From positions 1 through 34,635 of the forward strand of contig CAZDZV010000014.1 in the NCBI GenBank assembly GCA_964510025.1: a stretch of 34,635 nt of DNA. Reading direction: 5' to 3'. Positions 9,178 to 19,195 of the stretch are shown here, piece by piece; the first letter of the stretch is position 1; each line of letters opens with the position of its first letter. Position numbers and translations under genes: made by a program. Origin of the DNA: an uncultured Methanosarcinales archaeon. GTDB lineage: Archaea; Nanobdellota; Nanobdellia; Woesearchaeales; DATDXC01. The notes beneath the pieces are model-generated. The model did no database searches. It saw nothing but the letters and a program-made list of their open reading frames with translations, and was not told the DNA's origin.

Positions 9178-10392
9178 TCAGACCCCCACCCGATCATATA
9201 TGTCTATGCATTTTCGTGATGCATCTGTCCAGCTGAATCTGCTGACCTCAGAAAACCCGTTTTCAGACAAGGATTCATGGGCTTCCTTGTACCTCAGGAC
9301 ACCGATGATTTGGCTTGCCATTCTGTCTATATCCCAAAAATCCACCTTAAGACAGTTGCTAATGACTTCAGAAACACCTGACTGTTTGGATATTATTACA
9401 GGGGTTTTGTTGCGCATTGCCTCTAGGGGTGTGATGCCGAATGGTTCAGAGACAGAAGGCATTACATATAGGTCTGCCATCTGGTAGATCCTGTCTATTT
9501 CAGCTGAACGTAGAAAGCCTGTAAAGAGCACCTTGTCCCCTATACCAAGTTCAGCTGCCCTTTCTACCATAGACAAGGCCATATCCCCTGTTCCAGCGAC
9601 GACAAATCTTACGTCAGGGTCATACTCTAGTACCCTCTTTGCTGCATATAGGAAATAGTCTGGTCCTTTTTGCAGCGTTATCCTGCCCAGAAAAAGCACC
9701 ACCTTGTTGTTCTCTTTCAGCCCAAAATTCCCTGCATCAAAGCTTGAATCGTTGAACTCAACAGCATTATGTACCACATGGATCTTGCTTGCATCTATCC
9801 CATAGTGCTCTATGACTTTGTTTTTCGTAAAATTGCTTACAGCTATTATCACATCAGCTGCCTGCACCCCTTCCCTTTCCAGGTTGTAGACTATTGGATT
9901 AACGCCGTTGCCTCCTGTCCTATCAAACTCTGTTGCATGAACATGCACAACCAGGGGCTTGTTGGATACCTTTTTTGCAGCAATGCCTGCCTGATAGGTC
10001 ATCCAGTCGTGGCAGTGTATCAGATCATGCTCCTCGTTGGCAGCTATCAGAGAGGCCTTTTGTGCATACCTATATACCTCTGCAAACAGATTTTCGCCAT
10101 AGATCTCCTTTTTTCCCTTTGTTCCTTGTCGTAAAAGCAGTGATTTAGCATATTGCTGAGACGTCATATAGCCGGCCAGAGGCGTCTTTATCCCTTTCAG
10201 CTTTATCTTAGCGAGATTCCCGGCTGACAACAGTTTTACAAAATCAGCTTTGGCATCCTCAGGTACATGGGGCAGTACAAAAGTAACATCTATGCCGTTG
10301 TTGGCAAGCCCTTTAGTCAGGCCATAGCAGGCAGTCCCTAGGCCTCCGCTGTTGAAAGGTGGGAATTCCCACCCGAACATCAGTACCTTCAC
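9178..10392 (-). CDS. GT-B glycosyltransferase family 4 (glycogen/alpha-glucan synthase-like)
   Basis: MFGWEFPP...GGLG, HCHDW, GRITLQKG and EPFGITPLEA. Confidence 0.9.
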   Translation of the reverse strand: MKVLMFGWEFPPFNSGGLGTACYGLTKGLANNGIDVTFVLPHVPEDAKADFVKLLSAGNLAKIKLKGIKTPLAGYMTSQQYAKSLLLRQGTKGKKEIYGENLFAEVYRYAQKASLIAANEEHDLIHCHDWMTYQAGIAAKKVSNKPLVVHVHATEFDRTGGNGVNPIVYNLEREGVQAADVIIAVSNFTKNKVIEHYGIDASKIHVVHNAVEFNDSSFDAGNFGLKENNKVVLFLGRITLQKGPDYFLYAAKRVLEYDPDVRFVVAGTGDMALSMVERAAELGIGDKVLFTGFLRSAEIDRIYQMADLYVMPSVSEPFGITPLEAMRNKTPVIISKQSGVSEVISNCLKVDFWDIDRMASQIIGVLRYKEAHESLSENGFSEVSRFSWTDASRKCIDIYDRVGV

Positions 10393-10700
10393 AGGTCGAT
10401 CACCTTGTCATCTTTTTCTTCCATGGGGATGATGCCGATAGACTTGATATATTCCTTACCAAGATCTGAAAGCTCGTATATTTTTGCATATTCAGAATCG
10501 AGTACATTGTTTACCAGCCCTTTCCCATTCAGGTAGGTGAGATGCAGCTCAACCGATTTCCAGTTGATCCTTATCTCATATGATATCTGGTTTATGGTCT
10601 TCTTGCCAGAGGACAGGCTTATCAGAATCATCTCCCTGAGATGTTTAAAAGTCCTTTTGCCGTTAGAATTTTTTCTGATAAATCTAGCTCCCACTTTCAA
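10389..10700 (-). CDS. Winged helix-turn-helix regulator (ArsR-like)
   Basis: KTINQISYEIRINWKSVELHLTYLNGKGLV...YELSDLG. First gene of the GT4/GH57 operon, 4-nt overlap. Confidence 0.75.
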   Translation of the reverse strand: MKVGARFIRKNSNGKRTFKHLREMILISLSSGKKTINQISYEIRINWKSVELHLTYLNGKGLVNNVLDSEYAKIYELSDLGKEYIKSIGIIPMEEKDDKVIDL

Positions 10701-10807
10701 ACTTCCCCCTATTTTAGACGTAGGTTCTTACTATAATAGAAATAATTGAAAAGCTACTATTTAAATAAAGGGGAAATTATAGTGGCAATTAAGACTAGAT
10801 AGTATTA

Positions 10808-11815
10808 CTATATAAGATGCATGACAATTGCCAAAGCCTGGCTCCAGCCAAGTGGGCTGTTTTCATTATGCCTGCTGGAGTTTGCATAATACAGTTCAGG
10901 AAGCTCCCCTCTTCTGTTCATGACGCTCAGTGTTTTTCGCATATAATAAGAATACTTATCAGGTCTGCCCATGAGCTTGTAGATGATAGCCAGCCAAGGA
11001 AATCCCTTTGTCCATTCAGCCTCAGAGCCAGGCCCGTGGCCATTGGCATAATATTTATCTCCGATGTACCTGATCACTCCTTTTTCCCTTACAAGGTATT
11101 TCTCAATATTCCCGACTATTTGCTTCTTTGTGGTGCTATCAACTACATCATAGGGGTATATCAGGGAAAGCAAAGCCAGGTCTACCTCCTTAGTTGGGGA
11201 TTCATTTGGCAGCATTTCTTTCAGTGCTTTTTCTCCTTTTTTTATGACCTTTTTTTTCACATGCACTATCTTGCTTATCTTTTTCAGGCCAGCCACACAG
11301 GCCCCTATGCTTGAAGCATGTATCTCCTCATTTTCTTCCCACATGCCATTGTCGCTGTCATGCCAGTATTCTATAGACTCAAGGTAATCCACAACCTTTT
11401 GTACTATCCTCAAGTCGTCCTTGTTCCTTAAGACTCTGATTCCCTTTTGTTCTAGAGAACCTATCATGAAAAGAAGCGCTCCAACAGCATCGTTCTGCTT
11501 GTTGCCCCATTCTTCAGTGAGCTCGTCCATTGTAAAAGGATCATATCTGGCATGGATGTATTGAAAATGATATTGCGGCTTTTCCTTTATCGCCCAGTCG
11601 ATCTTATATTCATGCTTGAGCAGAACGTCTAATAGGGCCCAGTAAGTTTTTTTGAGCCTAAGGTTGCTTTTTATTGCCTCCAGACCCAAAGACTCATATA
11701 CGCAATCCCTGATCCAGGCAACATTATAGCCAGTCTTCACAGTCATCTTAGAGGCAGAAAATAGCCCGTTAGAGTACTGCAGGTTTTTTAGGATCTGAAT
11801 GCTTTTTTGTAACAT
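10808..11815 (-). CDS. Glycoside hydrolase family 15 (glucoamylase-like, stand-alone catalytic domain)
   Basis: AWIRD, QNDAVG, GMWEE, GVIRY, LPELY and PLGWSQA. Confidence 0.85.
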   Translation of the reverse strand: MLQKSIQILKNLQYSNGLFSASKMTVKTGYNVAWIRDCVYESLGLEAIKSNLRLKKTYWALLDVLLKHEYKIDWAIKEKPQYHFQYIHARYDPFTMDELTEEWGNKQNDAVGALLFMIGSLEQKGIRVLRNKDDLRIVQKVVDYLESIEYWHDSDNGMWEENEEIHASSIGACVAGLKKISKIVHVKKKVIKKGEKALKEMLPNESPTKEVDLALLSLIYPYDVVDSTTKKQIVGNIEKYLVREKGVIRYIGDKYYANGHGPGSEAEWTKGFPWLAIIYKLMGRPDKYSYYMRKTLSVMNRRGELPELYYANSSRHNENSPLGWSQALAIVMHLI

Positions 11816-11839
11816 GATACTACTATATAATAGTATAAT

Positions 11840-11858
11840 TAGTATATAAATCTTTCGA
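11840..11858 (-). promoter_or_regulatory. Archaeal BRE-TATA promoter for GH15
   Basis: CGAAAGATTTATATA on the minus strand, about 30 nt upstream of the ATG. Confidence 0.55.
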
Positions 11859-11992
11859 TTTTATAACTACCAAATGGTAATTAATTAACCAAAAAAGGCT
11901 TTATTGGTTTTGTGGATATTACGCTAACACTATTTTACACTATTTTTATAAAGCTATATCTGAAATGTTAGATAAAAAGGGGTGGTGATAGG

Positions 11993-13777
11993 TTGATTAA
12001 GGCTAAAGCAGAATTTCTGTTCGAGGTTTCCTGGGAGGTCTGCAATAAAGTAGGCGGTATATACACAGTTGTAAAGAGCAAAGCAGAGCTCATGAAATCC
12101 CACTACGAAAATTACATCCTTATCGGACCGTATATAAAGGAAAAGGCTGATGTTGATCTTAAAAAAGAAAGGGCTCCTCCAGATATTCAGCAGGTCTTCG
12201 AAAAGCTGAAATCGGCAAATATTCGGTGCTATTACGGCAAATGGCAGATCAAAGGTGAACCTGATGTCATATTGGTCGATTTCTCAAAGCTGATCGATGA
12301 AAAGAACAAGCTCAAGGAGCAGCTTTGGAACGATTACAGGATAGATTCGCTGAGGTCGGGCTGGAGTTTTGAAGAGCCTGTAATATGGTCTGCAGCAGTA
12401 GCAAAATTACTAGAAGAGCTTTGTCTGGTGTATAATAACAAAAAGATTGTGGCACATTTTCATGAATGGATGGCTGGCTCTGCGCTTTTGCACCTTAAGA
12501 AAAGAAATGTGGGTATATCTACTGTATTTACAACACACGCCACTATGCTTGGGAGGACGCTGGCTGGCTCTGGCCAGGACCTTTATGCAAGGCTCGATCA
12601 GATCAACCCTGAGGAAGAAGCCTATAAATCATCTATAGAGGATAAATTTACAACTGAAAGGGCCTGCGCAAAGGCTGCTGACGTATTTACGACTGTAAGT
12701 GAGATAACATCCATTGAAGCAGAAAAGATACTGGGCCGGAAGGCTGACGTCCTGGTGCTGAACGGCCTGGACATAGCCAAATTTCCTACGATGGAGGAAG
12801 TGGCAATAAAGCACGTTACCTGCAGGGACAAGATCAGGGAATTTCTCATATTCCATTTCTTTCCGTATTATACATTTGATCTCAACCACACTATGCTGCT
12901 GTTTATTGTAGGCAGATATGAGTACAGGAACAAGGGCATTGACATATTTATAGAAGCATTGACCAGGCTTAATGAAAGGCTGAAAAAAGAGAAGAGCAAG
13001 AGGACTGTTGCTGCATTTTTCTGGATACCGCAGGAAACTAAGGGCGTGAAGACCGAGCTTCTGGAAAACAAGAACTATTACAGGCATATAAAGAATTTTG
13101 TAAATTTCAACTCAGAGAAGATCCTGGCAAACCTTATCTATGACCTTGTCTCCCACAAGCATATATCTAAGGAACACTTATTCACTAAGGACTTTGTCCT
13201 TGCATTGAAGAAAGACCTCCTTCAGTTTAAGAGAAAAGGCAATCCGCCTTTTGTAACCCATAATATCAGCAACGAACAGAATGATGAGATAGTGCAGAGC
13301 CTGGTACGGCACGGCCTGGACAACAAGAAGGATGACAATGTCAAGACCATACTCTACCCCGTCTATCTGGACGGCAATGATGGCCTAATTAATTTGCCGT
13401 ACTATGACGCTATGGCAGGCTGCCACCTTGGACTATTCCCTTCCTACTATGAGCCATGGGGATACACCCCTCTTGAAGCAGCTGCCTTGGGTGTTCCATC
13501 TGTAACCTCTGATCTCTCAGGATTTGGCATGTTTATAAAGCACAACCTGAAGCACAATATGGATGACGGGATATTTGTGCTTAAAAGATACCAGAAAACA
13601 GATGAAGATGCAATCAAGGAGTTTACAGAGCTTCTCTATAAGTTTTGCAAGAGAAACAAGAATGAAAGGGCAAAAAACAAGCTGAGTGCGAAGGAATTCT
13701 CTGGCCTGGCTGACTGGAAGATACTGATTGAGAACTACATTAAAGCCCATAATTTAGCACTCGAAAAGCACCCATAA
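11993..13777 (+). CDS. Glycogen synthase, GT3 family
   Basis: FEVSWEVCNKVGGIYTV, AHFHEWM, FTTHATMLGR, GRYEYRNKG and FPSYYEPWGYTPLE. RBS GGGGTGGTGA. Confidence 0.93.
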   Translation: MIKAKAEFLFEVSWEVCNKVGGIYTVVKSKAELMKSHYENYILIGPYIKEKADVDLKKERAPPDIQQVFEKLKSANIRCYYGKWQIKGEPDVILVDFSKLIDEKNKLKEQLWNDYRIDSLRSGWSFEEPVIWSAAVAKLLEELCLVYNNKKIVAHFHEWMAGSALLHLKKRNVGISTVFTTHATMLGRTLAGSGQDLYARLDQINPEEEAYKSSIEDKFTTERACAKAADVFTTVSEITSIEAEKILGRKADVLVLNGLDIAKFPTMEEVAIKHVTCRDKIREFLIFHFFPYYTFDLNHTMLLFIVGRYEYRNKGIDIFIEALTRLNERLKKEKSKRTVAAFFWIPQETKGVKTELLENKNYYRHIKNFVNFNSEKILANLIYDLVSHKHISKEHLFTKDFVLALKKDLLQFKRKGNPPFVTHNISNEQNDEIVQSLVRHGLDNKKDDNVKTILYPVYLDGNDGLINLPYYDAMAGCHLGLFPSYYEPWGYTPLEAAALGVPSVTSDLSGFGMFIKHNLKHNMDDGIFVLKRYQKTDEDAIKEFTELLYKFCKRNKNERAKNKLSAKEFSGLADWKILIENYIKAHNLALEKHP

Positions 13778-13778
13778 A

Positions 13779-14735
13779 ATGGAACTCAGAAAAGACTATA
13801 TACTTGAAAGATGGGTCTATCTGGCTACAGACAGAAAGAAAAGGCCCAAAGAATTCAGGAAAGAGGAGCAAAAACAGGATTCAGCTGTTTGTTTTTTCTG
13901 TCCCGGCAATGAGCATCTTACTCCACCGGAGATAGGAAGGATAGAAGAAAACAGCAGATGGAAGATAAGGTGGTTTCCCAATAAGTTTCCTGCTGTGAAG
14001 CAGGAGGGCAATCCGAACATTTGGACAGACAACACTTTCTTTACCTATTCAGCAGGCTACGGAAAGCATGAGGTGATAGCTGAGACACCTGACCATGAGA
14101 AGCAGCTTTGGGACCTTCCCAAGGAGCATCTCAAGCAGGTTTTGGGGGTCTATAAGCAGCGTATTGATGACATCTCCAGGGAGCCTGGAGTTAGGTATGT
14201 GCTTGTGTTCAAGAACCATGGAAGGGAAGGCGGAACATCATTAGTCCACACGCATACGCAGGTCACAGGCATTAATCTTGTTCCCCCTCTTGTGAAGGAA
14301 GAAGTAGAGGCATCAGCACGTTTTGAGAATTGCCCGTATTGCAGCATAATCGAGACAGAAAGAAAAAGCCTTAGGAGGTGTTTTGAAAACCGGACATTCC
14401 TGGCTTTTTCACCTTATGCATCCCGATTTAATTTTGAGATATGGATTTTTCCTAAAAGGCATGTTACAACTATGGCTGAGCTGAATGAAAATGAGCTCGA
14501 TGATTTAGCTGACATGATGCGCAGTATCCTCACCAAGCTAAAGGAGCTCAACGCTCCCTACAACTTTTTCCTGCACTATGCTCCTCAGGGAAAAGACCTC
14601 CATATGCACATTGAGGTTACCCCGAGGTTCGCAACGTGGGCTGGCTTTGAGCTGGCATCCGACGCAATAATAAATTCTGTTAGCCCTGAAGATGCTGCGA
14701 GATTTTACCGGGGAGAAGATGACATTTCTGAATAA
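13779..14735 (+). CDS. galT: GalT-like sugar-1-phosphate nucleotidyltransferase
   Basis: ELRKD, RKKRP, CFFCPGNE, NKFPA, HEVIAE, FKNHG..GGTSLVHTHTQ (HxHxQ) and AGFEL. Confidence 0.88.
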   Translation: MELRKDYILERWVYLATDRKKRPKEFRKEEQKQDSAVCFFCPGNEHLTPPEIGRIEENSRWKIRWFPNKFPAVKQEGNPNIWTDNTFFTYSAGYGKHEVIAETPDHEKQLWDLPKEHLKQVLGVYKQRIDDISREPGVRYVLVFKNHGREGGTSLVHTHTQVTGINLVPPLVKEEVEASARFENCPYCSIIETERKSLRRCFENRTFLAFSPYASRFNFEIWIFPKRHVTTMAELNENELDDLADMMRSILTKLKELNAPYNFFLHYAPQGKDLHMHIEVTPRFATWAGFELASDAIINSVSPEDAARFYRGEDDISE

Positions 14736-16464
14736 AGGTTTCTTGATCACGAACAAGTCAGGTGGCTATTGTTCATTGGGCATCGACAGCCGCTATAGCG
14801 GCGTCTTCTTCAGAGTGAAGGACAGAATGTTCAAAATCATTGATGACATAAAAGTCCCTGGCATTACAACAGAGATACATGATTATTCTTGGCGTGTCAA
14901 GAGGCGAAAAAACAGCCTATCTGAATCCTTCTGGATGCCTATGCATACCAATACCCTGGTTTATGAGCTGAGCAGCCATGAGCATATTGACCTTCTCCTT
15001 GATATAAGAGAAGCCTATGATACAAGGAATTGGGGGAAGAAATATGATATTTTTGTTGAGAATGGAAAGATAATTGTGAAATTTACTAAATTCCAGGATT
15101 ACCGCGATGGAGATAGTGGCCAAGAAAAGGAATATGAGCTGTATCTTGTTATTGAAGGTGACGATGATCTTCATTATAAGGAGACGCAAAACTGGATAAA
15201 GAAGGAGTATTCATCAGACAGAGAAAGAGGCTCCTTGCCCTACGAGATGTATATATTTGACTCTATGAAGCTTCTTTCAAAGAAGCTTGTGTTTTCAGTG
15301 TCAGAAGATAAGGGTGAAGCTGTAAAGGCAGCAGAGAAGGTTATTAAAAATATGGGCGAAATTAAGGAAATGCAGAAAAAATACCACAAGCTTCACAGCA
15401 AAGGCAGCGCAGCCCTGAGGCATGCAATCAATAGCCTGGACAGTCTGCTGGTAAGGCACAAGGCAGGAATTGGTTTGTATGCCGGCCTTCCCTGGTTCTT
15501 CCAGTTCTGGACAAGGGATGAGGCCATCTCACTGAAAGCCCTGATGCTTGAGAATGAATTCAGTGCTGCCAGGGATATATTGATGCGCCAGCTGAATAGC
15601 GTGGATCATGGCAAAATGCCCAATAGGGTGCCTGCCACAGAGACAGGCACAGCTGATGCACTTGGGTGGCATTTCGAAAGATGGCATGACTTGATAGACC
15701 TATTGTCCAGGAAAGGACTGCTCCAGAAATATTTTACAAAAGAGGAAATGGTTGAGGTTACATCAAAGCTTAAGGCCGTACTAGGCCAGGATTTCAAGAA
15801 CAGCACAGAAGACCTGCTTGCTGTAAGTTCAGAAAAGGAAACCTGGATGGATACCATACCTAGGGAAGGCAAGCGAATAGAGATCCAGGCGCTAAGGCTG
15901 GTTATGTTCAAGCTGGTGGCTAGGCTGACTGGTGATGGTTTTTATCAGGAAATCGAAGAGAGAATGAAGAGGAAAGTCAGGGAGACTTTCTGGGACGGCA
16001 GCTTACTGCACGACAGCCCCGATGATGCTGCAGTCAGGCCGAATGTGTTTATAGCTGCTTACCTGTATCCGGGATTGCTGTCTCAAGATGAATGGGAGGC
16101 TTGCTTTGACAATTTGATCCCAAGGCTCTGGCTGGATTGGGGGGGTTTTTCCACTATCGATAAGGATGACCCTAAATTCTGTGGGGAGCATAGCGGTGAA
16201 GAGCCGGTAAGCTATCATAATGGTGATTCCTGGTTCTGGATCAATAATATGGCCGCTCTTGTCCTCCATAGGACAAATAGCAGGAAGTACAAAACATATA
16301 TCGAACAAATAAAAAGAGCATCGACAGAAGAGATATTGTCAAAAGGCCTTATCGGGCATCACGCAGAATTAAGCTCCGCAAAAGAGCTTAGGGGCCAGGG
16401 CTGTCTCTGCCAGGCATGGAGCAGTGCTATTTACATAGAGCTTATGCAGGAGCTCAGTAGCTAA
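14719..16464 (+). CDS. Glycogen debranching enzyme (amylo-alpha-1,6-glucosidase, GH133-like)
   Basis: AGLPWF..FWTRD, TWMD, IEIQAL, RPN, YHNGDSW and QAWSSA. Start moved to the ATG at 14719. Confidence 0.88.
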   Translation: MTFLNKGFLITNKSGGYCSLGIDSRYSGVFFRVKDRMFKIIDDIKVPGITTEIHDYSWRVKRRKNSLSESFWMPMHTNTLVYELSSHEHIDLLLDIREAYDTRNWGKKYDIFVENGKIIVKFTKFQDYRDGDSGQEKEYELYLVIEGDDDLHYKETQNWIKKEYSSDRERGSLPYEMYIFDSMKLLSKKLVFSVSEDKGEAVKAAEKVIKNMGEIKEMQKKYHKLHSKGSAALRHAINSLDSLLVRHKAGIGLYAGLPWFFQFWTRDEAISLKALMLENEFSAARDILMRQLNSVDHGKMPNRVPATETGTADALGWHFERWHDLIDLLSRKGLLQKYFTKEEMVEVTSKLKAVLGQDFKNSTEDLLAVSSEKETWMDTIPREGKRIEIQALRLVMFKLVARLTGDGFYQEIEERMKRKVRETFWDGSLLHDSPDDAAVRPNVFIAAYLYPGLLSQDEWEACFDNLIPRLWLDWGGFSTIDKDDPKFCGEHSGEEPVSYHNGDSWFWINNMAALVLHRTNSRKYKTYIEQIKRASTEEILSKGLIGHHAELSSAKELRGQGCLCQAWSSAIYIELMQELSS

Positions 16465-17128
16465 GATAGAATGGCTGTTCATACCCGAAGAACCTGTTCA
16501 CATATTTATATTTGATATATGTCTTATTGTGGCTGATAAGCACCTCTTTACCGACATCCTTGGTGACCATCACTCTTTTGGTCTTTACTACCGGCTTCGT
16601 AACCTCCACTTCTTTGCAAACCTCTATAACCGGCTCCTTGACAATAGGCCCTGTATCACAGTATATATGCTGGGTCGCATCGACATATTGCAAGGCCCAC
16701 CTGAATTCTCTCATCTGTTTGCTTGGTATTTTTTTTGTTATAGGCTGCTGGTCATACCTTTGATCCCCTATCTGGAAATACATGCCCACAGTCCATTCCC
16801 CTTCCAAATCTCCAAGGTTCTCAATGACAACGTAGCACTCGGCCCTTCTTGTTGGTACAGCCACGCCATCAGCTATCGTCTCAGAATAGTTGTATATGCC
16901 GTCCCAGAGCCTCACAGAATAAGGTATCACCTGCTTTTCGCACACCTCTTCTGTCACCATCTCTTCCTCGACATATTCCTGCTCTATCTCAAAGGGGATT
17001 TCTTCCTGGATATCTATTGTCTGTGAATGAGGCTCATATACAGTGTATCCTATTATATCAGCAGATGTGAAAATATAGAAAAGTCCGCCTGCAAGCATAA
17101 GAATCAGAATTAATATTTTCTTAGGCAT
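16454..17128 (-). CDS. Hypothetical membrane-anchored or secreted protein with extended beta stalk
   Basis: N-terminal hydrophobic helix. E/V/T-rich segments flank a Cys-containing beta domain. Confidence 0.7.
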   Translation of the reverse strand: MPKKILILILMLAGGLFYIFTSADIIGYTVYEPHSQTIDIQEEIPFEIEQEYVEEEMVTEEVCEKQVIPYSVRLWDGIYNYSETIADGVAVPTRRAECYVVIENLGDLEGEWTVGMYFQIGDQRYDQQPITKKIPSKQMREFRWALQYVDATQHIYCDTGPIVKEPVIEVCKEVEVTKPVVKTKRVMVTKDVGKEVLISHNKTYIKYKYVNRFFGYEQPFYLSY

Positions 17129-17218
17129 GTTACTTCAACCTGCATCTCAAGATATAAAAGCTTTTCTAACAAAAGCTTTAAATAAGATAGTTTTTTTGCT
17201 GCATATGGGGGTGTCAAG

Positions 17219-17551
17219 TTGAGAAAATTTTTTTGCCTATTGGCAATAGTCTTATTTATTCCTGTGGTCAACTCAGGTCTAGCTGACGCAAAGGATATTG
17301 CTGATGAGTTTGTAGTAAAACATGGCAAGTTCTATCATAGGTTCTCAGTGGTGGATGAAGTCAGGATATTCAGAAGATTGCATGTAGAGACGCCCAGTGA
17401 AATATCATTCATGTACCTGGTGGTTGCTGATACTGGAAGCAGGAATGTAGAAGGAAGATTTTTAGTCACTCTAAGCAAGCAGGACCTATCGGTGATATCG
17501 CTAGAGATCCTGAATAAAGACTCTACCAGAAAGGCCGGGTATCTTGCTTAA
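17219..17551 (+). CDS. Hypothetical secreted protein
   Basis: Signal peptide, GGGGGTG RBS and an upstream TTTAAATA box (17177-17184). Confidence 0.6.
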   Translation: MRKFFCLLAIVLFIPVVNSGLADAKDIADEFVVKHGKFYHRFSVVDEVRIFRRLHVETPSEISFMYLVVADTGSRNVEGRFLVTLSKQDLSVISLEILNKDSTRKAGYLA

Positions 17552-17593
17552 TAGCAAGATTTATATAACCCTTTATTTATAGTAACATACGAG

Positions 17594-18409
17594 ATGGTAC
17601 TGGAAGCCCTGCTAAATCCCATAAAAGCTGAGAGAAAGCCATGGGAAACCTTCTTCATAGGCATGTTGTATGCCTCCCTGGCTGTCATCGTTAGCTTGCT
17701 TCTGTTTCAGGATTTCTCAAGCATCGTGATAATATCGCTGACAGCTATGGTGAGCGTCCCGCTGATATATGGCGCTATCAAACTGGAGGAAAAAAAGGAC
17801 CTGGAATTCAGCGATGAAAACATCTTGCTGAAAGAGCACGGCAAAGCTCTTCTTGTCTTTGTGTTCCTTTTTTTAGGATTTGTTGCCGCCTTTAGTATAT
17901 GGTATATCGTGCTCCCGAATGATACAGCAGACACCCTTTTCCAGATTCAGATAAATACTGTCAATGAGATAAATAACCCAGTCACCGGAAATATGGTTAA
18001 TATTGCGTCCACCTTGGGAAAGATATTTTCCAATAATCTGAAGGTCATGGCCTTTTGCATCTTATTTGCCTTCTTTTACGGGCTTGGGGCTATATTTATA
18101 CTGACATGGAATGCCTCTGTTTTCGCAGTTGTCATTGGATCTCTCTTAAAGAACAGCTCTGGCCCCTATCTTGGGCTGCTGCCTCTGGTCGTCCTAAAAT
18201 ACTCTCTGCACGGCATACCTGAAATCCTCGCGTATTTCATGGCTGGGCTCGCCGGTGGCATAATATCTATTGCAATCATCAGGCATGATTTCGGCTCGAG
18301 AAAATTCAAGCATATATTGGTTGATTCGCTGGATCTGACCATAATTGCTCTTGTCGTTCTGGCGATCGCCGCCCTTATAGAGGTTTTTATATCTCCATTG
18401 GTTCTGTGA
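17594..18409 (+). CDS. SpoIIM/DUF95 family membrane protein
   Basis: IFSNNLKV, LTWNAS, HGIPE and AALIEVFISP motifs. Multi-TM. Confidence 0.85.
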   Translation: MVLEALLNPIKAERKPWETFFIGMLYASLAVIVSLLLFQDFSSIVIISLTAMVSVPLIYGAIKLEEKKDLEFSDENILLKEHGKALLVFVFLFLGFVAAFSIWYIVLPNDTADTLFQIQINTVNEINNPVTGNMVNIASTLGKIFSNNLKVMAFCILFAFFYGLGAIFILTWNASVFAVVIGSLLKNSSGPYLGLLPLVVLKYSLHGIPEILAYFMAGLAGGIISIAIIRHDFGSRKFKHILVDSLDLTIIALVVLAIAALIEVFISPLVL

Positions 18410-18419
18410 GGTGTTGATT

Positions 18420-18722
18420 ATGAAAAAAGAAATATGGACAGAAAACAAAGAGGAAGGTGAGATATCGGCCATAATGGGGGACATCAAGAGGGATACCCAA
18501 TCCATGATGGATGATATCAGGGAGGTGAATGATTTTCTTAATGATCTGGAGAAGCTGCTGCAGACCGAGAAAGTGGATAAAGAGCAGGTTATGGAGACAA
18601 TAAAGGCTATTAAGCTCAGGATAGGCGTCCTTGAAAAGGAGGACCAGAGGGAGCTTAGCGAGGAAGAGATAGCAGACAGCCTGATAAGCAAACTGAAGAA
18701 ATGGATGGACGCTTTTATATAG
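18420..18722 (+). CDS. Hypothetical acidic coiled-coil protein
   Basis: GAGGTG RBS, heptad pattern, same strand as its neighbours. Confidence 0.7.
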   Translation: MKKEIWTENKEEGEISAIMGDIKRDTQSMMDDIREVNDFLNDLEKLLQTEKVDKEQVMETIKAIKLRIGVLEKEDQRELSEEEIADSLISKLKKWMDAFI

Positions 18723-18723
18723 A

Positions 18724-18888
18724 ATGAAGACAGAAGACGCTGTTGTGGAAAATAAGGGGAAGATAAGGATGCTGGAGTTCCGTATTCAGGCCCTGATTAA
18801 TATCCTTAGCAAAGAAGGCGTGATAGTGAAAACAGACGTGAAAGAGGAATTTGACAATCTTCTGAAGGTTGATGAAAGTGAGGATTAG
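18724..18888 (+). CDS. Hypothetical 54-aa protein
   Basis: Not in the ORF track. MKTEDAVVENKGKIRMLEFRIQALINILSKEGVIVKTDVKEEFDNLLKVDESED fills the gap in the operon. Confidence 0.65.
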   Translation: MKTEDAVVENKGKIRMLEFRIQALINILSKEGVIVKTDVKEEFDNLLKVDESED

Positions 18889-19195
18889 CTGGCTGGCTCT
18901 GCTATTGATCCTTACCGCATGTTCAGGGATAACAGAACAGCAGGCTGCAGCAAATGCAGAGGAGTTTGTCAGGTCTAATGTGATATTCTATACTAACGAT
19001 GAAGAAGGCATGACAGATGTATATGATGTCTCGATTCAGGTGACAGAAATTTATAGGCAGGACAGGGACTGGATTGTCCAGCTTTACATCGAATCTAAAG
19101 TAGGTGAAGAAACCAAGAAAAGCGGGCTTATCGTCATTGTGGACGGAAAAACAAGAGAGATAAAGAAAGACAAGCTTGTTCCATTCAAGGTATGA
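18872..19195 (+). CDS. Putative lipoprotein, PepSY-like
   Basis: Lipobox LTAC, a helix followed by beta strands, and IVDGKTREI at the end. Confidence 0.65.
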   Translation: MKVRISWLALLLILTACSGITEQQAAANAEEFVRSNVIFYTNDEEGMTDVYDVSIQVTEIYRQDRDWIVQLYIESKVGEETKKSGLIVIVDGKTREIKKDKLVPFKV

